Source: an uncultured archaeon
Lineage (GTDB): Archaea > Thermoplasmatota > Thermoplasmata > Thermoplasmatales > Thermoplasmataceae
Assembly (NCBI GenBank): GCA_000965745.1
Contig: CP009479.1
Coordinates: 1,600,001 to 1,664,000, forward strand
Direction: 5' to 3'
Length of the DNA: 64,000 bases
The notes beneath the pieces are model-generated. The model was not told the origin of the DNA, searched no databases, and was given only the letters and a program-made list of their open reading frames with translations. Shown here in pieces: positions 49,104 to 57,878 of this stretch; the first letter of the stretch is position 1; each line of letters begins with the position of its first letter. The translations under genes and the position numbers were made by a program.

Positions 49104-50327
49104 TCACTGGGCCCCGGCCACTTCCGCTTTATCCCGGGAGTTCTTTTCCTGGAGCTTGAGGAATGGAAGCAGAAGGGAAGCGGATAGCGTGAAAATAAGC
49201 ATTATCCAGAAAGAGAAATAGAGGCTTTCCCTGTAGACAAGGAAGCTCGATAACGCAATGCCCGCTGCTCCGCCCAGAAATTGCCCGACGCCCCACACAA
49301 TTCCACCCGAAGAGGTTGAAATTTCCTTTGGGACGACCTGATTAAGATAGCCAAGAAGCGTTGGGAAACCACTGTAGGTGAAAAATGCATAAATGGAGAA
49401 GAAGAGTGCATCCAGTATCGCATTTGACCCCGACAGCAGGAGGAGGAAGAAGGCCAGCCCGGAGAATATAGTCGTCGTGGTAATTGAGAAAAACCCGCCT
49501 TTTCTCGTAGTCACAATTCCGAAGATGGTCTGCCCGGCTACTGGTGTTAAAACACCCATTGTAAAAATGAAAATTCCGAGAAACTGTGAATTTGTAACAT
49601 TGGCGAGATAGGAAGGCCCATAGGTAGCTACTGCCCTTATAACCATGGCCCTCAGGAAGACCACAGTCATCAGGGAAAATATGAACACCTTGAAAACTGA
49701 CATGTGCCCGGAGAGTGATTTCTTCTGCTTCCTGCCCCTTGATCTTGCAACGCCCTTAATCTTGGGCAATCCAAGGCTGACAAGAACAACAGCGGCGAAC
49801 GTGAAGCCGAGTGCCCACATTATGAACATGCCCTCTACCAGGCCGAATATTCCGATAAGGCCTGCAATTATCAATGGGAATATACCTCTCCCAAAACTTC
49901 CAAAAGAACCGTTTATTCCCAATATCATGGGAGTGTTTCTTCCGTATTCGGACCTTAGTATGCTGGAACCTATAGGGTGGTAGAATGACTGGCCGAAACC
50001 AAGAACTGTGACTCCAATTATGATGTAAAGGAATTCCAGGGTTCCATGCTGTACTGAAAATGCAAAGAAAAGTGCCGCCACTCCATTAAGTGCCAGTCCA
50101 AGTGCTATGAGGACACCCTTCCTCTCAAGTTTGTCTGCCAGTATTCCCACAGGGGTACTCATCGCGCCGGAAACTATCGGGTTCATTATGGCAAGGACTC
50201 CCAGAATTGCCAGATTTGTGGCGGGAAATTCCGTGTAAAGGAAGGTTATCAGTACAGGATAGAGAAATGTGCTGCCATCGTTGGCAAAATGAGCGAATGA
50301 TGTGATTCCAAATACTCTTTTTGACAC
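49104..50327 (-). CDS. MFS transporter (FSR-like)
   Basis: AHFAND, GILADK and FYHP motifs. Confidence 0.88.
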   Translation of the reverse strand: MSKRVFGITSFAHFANDGSTFLYPVLITFLYTEFPATNLAILGVLAIMNPIVSGAMSTPVGILADKLERKGVLIALGLALNGVAALFFAFSVQHGTLEFLYIIIGVTVLGFGQSFYHPIGSSILRSEYGRNTPMILGINGSFGSFGRGIFPLIIAGLIGIFGLVEGMFIMWALGFTFAAVVLVSLGLPKIKGVARSRGRKQKKSLSGHMSVFKVFIFSLMTVVFLRAMVIRAVATYGPSYLANVTNSQFLGIFIFTMGVLTPVAGQTIFGIVTTRKGGFFSITTTTIFSGLAFFLLLLSGSNAILDALFFSIYAFFTYSGFPTLLGYLNQVVPKEISTSSGGIVWGVGQFLGGAAGIALSSFLVYRESLYFSFWIMLIFTLSASLLLPFLKLQEKNSRDKAEVAGAQ

Positions 50328-50431
50328 CTTTACTGACCCGTATTGTTATTTTTGTTGAATATAATCTGTAAGCGCTGAAACTGTCTATGAATGCTTCCAG
50401 AAAATATATCGGGAGAAAGGCCGATATGCAA

Positions 50432-51049
50432 TCAGCTTTTCTGGGCTATTTTGGAACTTTCAAGAATTCTCTGGACTTCTGCAGAGTCGATCGTTTTGCC
50501 TTCCTGGTATTCGGGAGCATTCTCGATCTGTTCAAGGTCGTTGAGGCCACTGAATCTGTAAATCCTGTTTATGGCGGAAATTATTCTTAGAGGTTTGGTC
50601 TCTGATGAATTGAAGTGCTGATGGATTGTGTTTGGTGGTATGTAGACAACATCTCCCTGCCTCCAGTCGAACCTTTTCATCTCCCCCTGTGGGACAAATT
50701 CATACTTATCGGTTATCTCGACGTCACAGTCAACATGCTCGTCGTATCCCTTTCCTTCGAGTATGTAGAGGCACTCTTCAGCAAGATGCCTGTGTTTTCC
50801 TGACCTGCTGCCAGGAGGTATGATCTGCATGTAGACATCCACGGTCTCCATGAGGGTATCCATCTGGGAATTGATCATGTGCTTCAATATGCCCTGGGGT
50901 GCCAGTTCCCATGGCATTTCGATGGGCTTTACGACTCTCTTTTTTCCTTTGCTGTTCTCTGGCCTGTCCCTCGACTCATCGAGAAGACCTCTGTAGAAGT
51001 TGGCAGTCTGGTTCCCACTGAGCCATGTCTTGCTCTCTCCCCATGCCAT
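50432..51049 (-). CDS. cupin protein
   Basis: KHRHLAEE..ILEG.G...IPPNTIHQHFN. Confidence 0.88.
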   Translation of the reverse strand: MAWGESKTWLSGNQTANFYRGLLDESRDRPENSKGKKRVVKPIEMPWELAPQGILKHMINSQMDTLMETVDVYMQIIPPGSRSGKHRHLAEECLYILEGKGYDEHVDCDVEITDKYEFVPQGEMKRFDWRQGDVVYIPPNTIHQHFNSSETKPLRIISAINRIYRFSGLNDLEQIENAPEYQEGKTIDSAEVQRILESSKIAQKS

Positions 51050-51606
51050 TACTCACCACCTTCCTGGTCCGGGTCGGCGTCTTCCCTTGGCTCATATCCT
51101 ACTCCGTTTTCGGTAGGCTCAGTTGGCCTTGGAATAACAGTCTTCTGGAACAGCATATTCATGAACATGTACATTGGCTTGGTCTTTATGACAAGTGCAC
51201 GAGCCGGTTTCTCAGTATCCGCGTTATTGTGCTGGTGAACGCAATTGTTGGGAACAATGGCGACATCCCCCGCCTCCCAGTCATATCTTTCCCCGTCATG
51301 TATCTCATAGCCTTTTCCATCCAGTATGTAGAATGATGCCTCATTTACATGGCCATGCTTCTGGGATTTCCCTCCGGGAGAATATTCTTCCAGGTGGATG
51401 TGAAGTGTTTGGCCAAGCCCGTCAACAGGCTCAATATAATGCTTGCTGAATGTCTGGGGCCCGTCAACGAATTTGATTTCCTCTGCCCTCCTCACTCTTG
51501 GCAAAGACCTAAGTCTTTTGAGTTCTTCCTTAAGATTGTATTCGCCAGATATGGCTCTCACGAATACTCGGTCCTTCTTGCTGTGATAATGAGATTCAGT
51601 TCCCAT
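51049..51606 (-). CDS. cupin protein
   Basis: KHGHVNEA..ILDG.G...VPNNCVHQH; translationally coupled to the next cupin. Confidence 0.88.
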   Translation of the reverse strand: MGTESHYHSKKDRVFVRAISGEYNLKEELKRLRSLPRVRRAEEIKFVDGPQTFSKHYIEPVDGLGQTLHIHLEEYSPGGKSQKHGHVNEASFYILDGKGYEIHDGERYDWEAGDVAIVPNNCVHQHNNADTEKPARALVIKTKPMYMFMNMLFQKTVIPRPTEPTENGVGYEPREDADPDQEGGE

Positions 51607-51728
51607 TTATACACCTCCTGAAAAATGAATAGCCAGCTTGCCCATAAATCGGTATTATATTCATAATAAATATAGTTATTCTTATTGAGGCATAGCTCAA
51701 AAAGAATTTTTTGCTAAAAATATTTAAA

Positions 51729-52499
51729 TTACTCTTTTGCAACATTCCATCTGGTGAGGTATTTCTCCAACTGCAGCAATGCAAGGTTAATAGCAATACT
51801 GATGAGCGCGACTGCCGATACCACCACGTATAATTTTATCGGTTGAATGGTGTTTGCAAAGTGAGCTGCTAGGTCCCCTACACCCGATGAGCCGGCCCAT
51901 TCCTCTGCAATCAAGACACCACCCAGCGTGAGGTTGAACGAGAGTCTGGCAGCACTGAGAATGCTCGGAAATACGTTTGGCAGCATGAGCTTCAGCTGGA
52001 GTTGAAGGGAACTGGCACCGAGTGATCTTGAGAGCCTTACGAGATTGGGGTCTACGTTGCTTACAGTATACATCGTAGTTATGAGTACGGGAAACATTCC
52101 GCTGATGAACCCGAAAAAGAACTCATAGCTGAAACCGTATCCAAGCAGGACAGAGAACAGTGTCACGAACATTACCCTCGGGATCGAATTAGCAAGGACA
52201 AGGTAAGGCTCCAGAACCTTTCTCAGATACAGGACCTCTCCTATTATCATACCCAGGGCGGCACCTGCCGCTACCGTACTTACAAACGCTGAAAGCACTA
52301 TCCCCAGGGAATATATGATCTGCGAGTAAATGGAGGGCGTGCCAATAATCGATGCGAAGTGCGTCACAGTATCAATTGGGGAACTGAGCAGTGGGTGAGG
52401 TACTATATTGGCTGAGTAAATGTACTGCCATATAGAAAAGAAGATTGCGAAAGCAAGTATTTGAAGGCCTACGATAATGGCGGTTTTCCTAATGAGCAT
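51729..52499 (-). CDS. ABC transporter permease (NitT/TauT family)
   Basis: EAA-like SRSLGAS loop; LIAEE. Confidence 0.9.
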   Translation of the reverse strand: MLIRKTAIIVGLQILAFAIFFSIWQYIYSANIVPHPLLSSPIDTVTHFASIIGTPSIYSQIIYSLGIVLSAFVSTVAAGAALGMIIGEVLYLRKVLEPYLVLANSIPRVMFVTLFSVLLGYGFSYEFFFGFISGMFPVLITTMYTVSNVDPNLVRLSRSLGASSLQLQLKLMLPNVFPSILSAARLSFNLTLGGVLIAEEWAGSSGVGDLAAHFANTIQPIKLYVVVSAVALISIAINLALLQLEKYLTRWNVAKE

Positions 52500-53271
52500 A
52501 TGGCATCACCAACCTCTCAATTATGGCCAAAGCTACCAGTATCCCAGCGACTATCAATACCAATATGATTATTACCGAAAACATGAGTCCAGGGTCAAAA
52601 CTTCCAGAACTTATGCTTATCACACTTCCCAGACCATTCTCTGAAGCGATCACCTCGGCAAAAATAACGCCGATGATGGAAAAGACGAGAGAGATCCTTA
52701 TGCCAGCAAGTATGGCGCCAGCCGATGATGGTATCATGACTTTCGAAAATATCTGTGCGTTCGAAGCACCATAAGACTGCGCCAGCCTGATGTATGACTG
52801 CTTGGTCCTTCGTATGCCCGAAGAGACAATTATGATCGAAGGAAAAATTGCAAGAAATATTGCAATCGCTATCCTTGATGCTGGGTCAATCCCTAGTGTC
52901 AGGTACATAACAGGGTAGAGTATTGGCCCTGGTATTGAATAGAGCACATACACTATGGGTTCGTAAGCCTGGCCGATGAGCTTGAAGTAACCGATGGCCA
53001 TACCGACAAATATCCCCAGGCTCGAGGCAATTGCAAATGCGACGAGTATCTCGAAGAGGGTAAGCTTGAACGGAACTATGATTCCGTGAGGATAATTCGG
53101 ATAGCTGCTTGGTGCCCCGAAATATGGCAGGAAAAGTCTGTGAAAAGAGAGAACCGTCTGGGTGAATCCTGTGAATACGAAGGGATTATCGTACAGGATG
53201 TGTGCCAGCTGCCATCCTAATGCAAATACAATGGGCACAGCTATTAAGCCGATGAGAACCTTAAGCTTCAT
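52489..53271 (-). CDS. ABC transporter permease (NitT/TauT family)
   Basis: AQSYGAS; AEVIASENGLG. Confidence 0.9.
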   Translation of the reverse strand: MKLKVLIGLIAVPIVFALGWQLAHILYDNPFVFTGFTQTVLSFHRLFLPYFGAPSSYPNYPHGIIVPFKLTLFEILVAFAIASSLGIFVGMAIGYFKLIGQAYEPIVYVLYSIPGPILYPVMYLTLGIDPASRIAIAIFLAIFPSIIIVSSGIRRTKQSYIRLAQSYGASNAQIFSKVMIPSSAGAILAGIRISLVFSIIGVIFAEVIASENGLGSVISISSGSFDPGLMFSVIIILVLIVAGILVALAIIERLVMPYAH

Positions 53272-54058
53272 TGCTTAGCGTCCCCTCTCCGCCCAAATCT
53301 GTCATTTTTGCGGACATGTATGACCACAGCTGTCGCCTTATTTCAACCAGCCCCGGATCATCGGGATTTCTTGGTTTTTTCACATCAATGTTGATTTCTG
53401 CCTTCACCGCAGCCGGTTTGCCGGAAAGCACTATAATCTTGTCGGCAAGATAAGTAGCCTCTATGAGGCTATGGGTCACAAACAGAATGGTCTTGCCTGT
53501 TTCTTTCTGAATCCTGACCAACTCATCCCCAAGGGCAAATCTGCTCTGTTCGTCAAGTGCCCCGAAAGGCTCATCCATCACCAGGATTTTCGGATCAAGT
53601 GTCAAGGCTCTCGCCACGCTTACCCTCTGCTGCATTCCTCCGGAAAGCTGCGAAGGAAAATAATTCCTGAACTTGGCAATGCCAGTCAGTTCAAGATATT
53701 TCATTGCAACTTCCTCTCTTTTGGATTCCTCGACTCCCTTGAGTTCGAGTCCAAACTCGACGTTTTGAATGGCTGTTCTCCAAGGGAAAAGGCTTGCGTC
53801 CTGGAAGACCATAGTCAGGACATCCGGTTGAGGTCCGGTAACCGATTCACCAACAAGCGTGATCTCACCTTCATCAGGTTTCTTCAGGCCGCCAACAAGG
53901 TCAAGGAACGTAGATTTTCCTATACCGCTTGGTCCAACAATTGTTACGAACTTGCCCTCTTCCACACTGACAGACAGGTTCTGTAGAACGTGATTTGTTG
54001 ATCCGTCTGGAGCTTTGAACGATTTAGAGACGTTTTTAACTTCGAGTATTATAGACAC
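53261..54058 (-). CDS. ABC transporter ATP-binding protein
   Basis: GPSGIGKST, LSGGMQQR, MDEPFGALD and VTH motifs. Confidence 0.95.
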   Translation of the reverse strand: MSIILEVKNVSKSFKAPDGSTNHVLQNLSVSVEEGKFVTIVGPSGIGKSTFLDLVGGLKKPDEGEITLVGESVTGPQPDVLTMVFQDASLFPWRTAIQNVEFGLELKGVEESKREEVAMKYLELTGIAKFRNYFPSQLSGGMQQRVSVARALTLDPKILVMDEPFGALDEQSRFALGDELVRIQKETGKTILFVTHSLIEATYLADKIIVLSGKPAAVKAEINIDVKKPRNPDDPGLVEIRRQLWSYMSAKMTDLGGEGTLSNEA

Positions 54059-54164
54059 TTAACTTCCACATCCTTTGAATATTTTAATAAAAAAAGGTAT
54101 TAATAATTGTTTGGGTCAAAACATCGTTGGACAGCGACCCAGTACTTTCTGATAATAATTATTA

Positions 54165-55465
54165 GGTTCATCCTAGAATTGTGTGGGTATTTTTATCCTT
54201 CTTTTCATTATATTTCCCATGCAGGATGCTGAACAGTTGTACTCCGAGCTCTTAGGGCTCAAGAACCCTTGGAGGGTGAGAGTGTTTCACTTGATTCAAA
54301 TGACAAGGTTGTTGAAGTCTTCATAGCACACGACAGGGGAGCTAAGCTCCCATGTCCCGAGTGCAGGAGGGAGTGCATGGTCTACGATCATCTGAGGGAA
54401 AGGGTCTGGAGGGATCTTGACAGCATAGGGTTCAAGACATTCATTCATGCCAGATCACCAAGGATACAGTGTCCGGAGCATGGCATAAGAGAGGCGGTCA
54501 TGCCCCTCTCCGAGAAGAGATCAAGGTTCACTCTCAGATTCGAATCAAGATCCATAAGGATGCTCCAGAACATGGATGTTGAGAATTTCACCCGGGTAAT
54601 GGACATTTCCTGGAGCCGGGCATGGAACATCATCGATCATGCGGTTAAGAGAGGACTGTCAAGGAAAACATCAAGGCCAAGGATCATAGGCGTTGATGAC
54701 AAATCGTACAGGAAGGGGCACAAGTACATCACGCTGGTGATGGACATGGAGAACAGCGGTGTTGAGTTCATCTCCATGGACAGGAGGAAATCATCACTCG
54801 ATGAGTATTACAAAACGATGAGTGATGATGAATTATCTCGCATAGATGCGGTATCAATGGACATGTGGGATCCGTACATATCATCCACGCTTGAGCATGT
54901 ACCACAGGCTCATTCAAAGATCGTCTTCGACAGGTTTCATGTCATGCGCCATGTGAATGAAGCGGTTGATGCGGTGAGGAAGGAGGAGAATCGTGAACTG
55001 GTGAAGAAGGGTATCATGGACCTCAAAGGATCAAGGTACATATGGCTCTATTCCGGCGATCGCCTTCCCGAAAGGTACAGGGAGCGGTACAATGAGCTAA
55101 GGAATTCAGATCTAAGGACGGGCAAGGCGTACTCCATGAAGGAGAACATAAGGAACCTGTGGAATCTCCCCTCAATGGAGGATGCAATGGATTACTGGAA
55201 GAGATGGCACTCCTGGATCGTGCACTCCTCGATTGATGCAATGAAGAAGGTGGCGAAGATGATGCGAATGCACATCGACAAGATACTGAACTATTTCATC
55301 CACAGGATAACAAACGCAAAGGCAGAGGGAATCAATTCAAAGATCGCGCTGATAGAGAAGATGGCGTATGGATTCAGGAACAGAGGCCATCTCAAGACAG
55401 CAATATATTTCAAATGCGGAAATCTGGAGCTTTATCCATGAGCCCACACAAAACTAGGAAGAACC
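54165..55465 (+). mobile_element. ISL3-family element, 1301 bp
   Basis: IRs GGTTCATCCTAGAATTGTGTGGG / GGTTCTTCCTAGTTTTGTGTGGG; 8-bp TSD AATTATTA at 54157-54164 and 55466-55473. Confidence 0.95.
54219..55441 (+). pseudogene. ISL3 transposase with 1-bp frameshift near codon 20
   Basis: MQDAEQLYSELLGLKNPWRV continues in another frame as ESVSLD..CPEC..CPEHG..DMW..DRFH..TNA.AEG.N. Confidence 0.85.
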
Positions 55466-55496
55466 AATTATTATAAGATATAAGTGATCGTATAGC

Positions 55497-56570
55497 ATGG
55501 CCCTTCAGAAAGATTCAGAAGTTTTCTTAAACCAGCTTGTCCACAAAGGATTCAACACGTACTACGTTTCAAACCAGGGGGGCGGAAAAGGCGGGGGAAC
55601 CTTTACGCGAAATCCCGCCCCCCTCTTCAGCCCCTACAGTTGGAAGTACACCGACGCGAGATCTTATCTTTACAAGCTTTCTGAATTCCTTTCCCACGAA
55701 GATTCTGAAAGAATAAACATCCAATATGAGCATCCCGACCTCAAGGACATCATTTCCGCTGCCACAAGCACCACGCAGAGAGCTGGCATCCAACTCGTGA
55801 AGAGTAAGGCCCATGGACCTGTCCACAGACATACGCCTAATTCATTCCGGGTGGTTCTGGAAGCTCCTGAGGAAGGTGCAATAAGCCGAATAGACGGGGT
55901 GAATCTGGAAATGCACCCGGGTGATGTAATCGGGAACACCAACTGGATCTGGCATGAGCACTTCAACCATGGGACTTCAGATCTAATATGGACATCTTTT
56001 CTGGATGCCATACTGGTTAAATGGATCGGAGGGGTTTTCTATGACCCACCGAAGACATTCAATGGGGACGTGAATTTTCCGGACATATCTCAGGAAGAAT
56101 ATGTAAGCGTGCTTGGCCGATCAACCCTTCCAGAGGAGCTTGGGACAAATCCCAATACTCCACTGCAGTTCTACAGATTCTCTGATGCCTGTAAATCGGT
56201 CAGTGCTCTCTCAAAATTGAAAAGGGGGAAGGAAAGGGTAGCGGTGGAATACAAGAACCCAACCACCGGCGGATCGATTTCGGCAAACCAGTCGCTCAAG
56301 CTAAACCTGATTCCAGGTGGATGCTTAACCCCCATGACAAGGAAAACAGAGAACATCATCTTCCTGAATTTTTCAGGTGAAACTACGCTGGAATTGGGTA
56401 ACGGTGAAGGAGAATTTGTTCTTGGCAAGTACGATGTCGCAGTATTGCCTTCATGGACCTCACACAGAGTGGTTAACAATTCATATTCTGATGAAGCTCT
56501 CTATTTTACAGCTTCTGACGCCCCGTTATTCAAAAATTGCGGCCTATATCGTGAAGAAATTGTCGGGTGA
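55497..56570 (+). CDS. gentisate 1,2-dioxygenase-like cupin
   Basis: VHRHTPNS.R, W.WHEH.N, YKNPTTGG and SDAPL motifs. Confidence 0.85.
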   Translation: MALQKDSEVFLNQLVHKGFNTYYVSNQGGGKGGGTFTRNPAPLFSPYSWKYTDARSYLYKLSEFLSHEDSERINIQYEHPDLKDIISAATSTTQRAGIQLVKSKAHGPVHRHTPNSFRVVLEAPEEGAISRIDGVNLEMHPGDVIGNTNWIWHEHFNHGTSDLIWTSFLDAILVKWIGGVFYDPPKTFNGDVNFPDISQEEYVSVLGRSTLPEELGTNPNTPLQFYRFSDACKSVSALSKLKRGKERVAVEYKNPTTGGSISANQSLKLNLIPGGCLTPMTRKTENIIFLNFSGETTLELGNGEGEFVLGKYDVAVLPSWTSHRVVNNSYSDEALYFTASDAPLFKNCGLYREEIVG

Positions 56571-56727
56571 GAACCCGGCCCATGTGATAGAATCTCTCTC
56601 GCGGATGTGGTATTTCAGCATATGGAGATAGGGATATGTTGATAAGCTCGAAGAATTAAAAATACAAAAGACATAAGTTTTAAATAATACCTTACTGATT
56701 GATTTTAAAACCCAAAGAGTTGATAAC

Positions 56728-57789
56728 ATGAATAAGACAACGACGATTGCAGTAGCGATTGTTGTTGCTGCTGTTGTCATAGCCGGCGGAATTGTTGGCT
56801 TTGGAACCATTACCAGTGGTAAGAGCAGCGGCAGTAACAACACGAACTACTTGTCTAAGACGAGTTTCAGCGTAGCCGATTTTGGAATTGATCACCCGGA
56901 CGCTGGAGCTTACGGATGGATGGCGGGCACTAGTCACACAAATACGAGCAACACGCTGCAGAAGTACGATCCCAATATAAAGGTCGTAGACCTGAAGGGT
57001 GGAAGTGGCGCAGTAGCATCAGCAATTGCGGCTGGAACAGTACAGATGGGAATGCTCTCCGCTGATGGTGCACTTCACGCAATAAACTCCAGTGTGCCGA
57101 TCAAGATAGTGGGAGTGTACAGAACGTCACCTATAGGTGATTTTGTGTATGTTTCGCCTAGCTCAACCTACAACAAGCTATCGGACCTATCGGGAAAGAA
57201 CGTTACTTTCGCAAACAGCAAGCCAGGAAGCCTGGATGTTCTCCTGAATGGAATAATTGCAGCAGACTACAAAGTGAACATAACACATGATTACGTAGGA
57301 TCACATGAGGCACAGCAGGCAGCAGTGCTTAATGGGAAGGCAACCGCATCCACAGGAGCGTATTTCGATGTATACAAGCTTGTTAAGAGCGGATACCTAA
57401 AGTCCATCGGCAATATAACAGAGAACTGGCCGGCCTTCGTGGTTGTTGCCAACACATCGTTCATACACAATCACCCCAACGCAGTGAAGGCAGCACTTAT
57501 GGGAATGGAATACGGAAACTACCTGTTCGACCAGAACGCAGGCAACTTTGCATACAACTTCCTGAAGTCATACTACAACTTCTCAGCAAGCGAAACTCAG
57601 TTCTTCATGAGCACAATGCACTATTCAACAAACGGAACAATATACCTCAAATCACTTAATGAAGAGCTTACGACCTTGCAGGCGGACAATATCATTTCAC
57701 CGAACCTCAAACTATCACAGCTTTACACAGACCAGTTTTCACAGGTAGTGAATACAACGTATCCGCCAGGAATAATAAGAGCAGCTTGA
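56728..57789 (+). CDS. ABC substrate-binding protein (SsuA/NMT1-like), membrane anchored
   Basis: N-terminal TM; GGSG..AI.AG; FI..HP.AV.A. Confidence 0.82.
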   Translation: MNKTTTIAVAIVVAAVVIAGGIVGFGTITSGKSSGSNNTNYLSKTSFSVADFGIDHPDAGAYGWMAGTSHTNTSNTLQKYDPNIKVVDLKGGSGAVASAIAAGTVQMGMLSADGALHAINSSVPIKIVGVYRTSPIGDFVYVSPSSTYNKLSDLSGKNVTFANSKPGSLDVLLNGIIAADYKVNITHDYVGSHEAQQAAVLNGKATASTGAYFDVYKLVKSGYLKSIGNITENWPAFVVVANTSFIHNHPNAVKAALMGMEYGNYLFDQNAGNFAYNFLKSYYNFSASETQFFMSTMHYSTNGTIYLKSLNEELTTLQADNIISPNLKLSQLYTDQFSQVVNTTYPPGIIRAA

Positions 57790-57815
57790 GGATTTCATAA
57801 TCCTCAATTTTTTTT
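57786..57815 (+). terminator. hairpin plus T-tract terminator
   Basis: TTGAGGATT-tcat-AATCCTCAA followed by T8. Confidence 0.65.
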
Positions 57816-57878
57816 AAAATGCATAGATTTGTTTACAATTTTAAAAATTGAAATAAAGAGATAAAAATTGAATTACTC

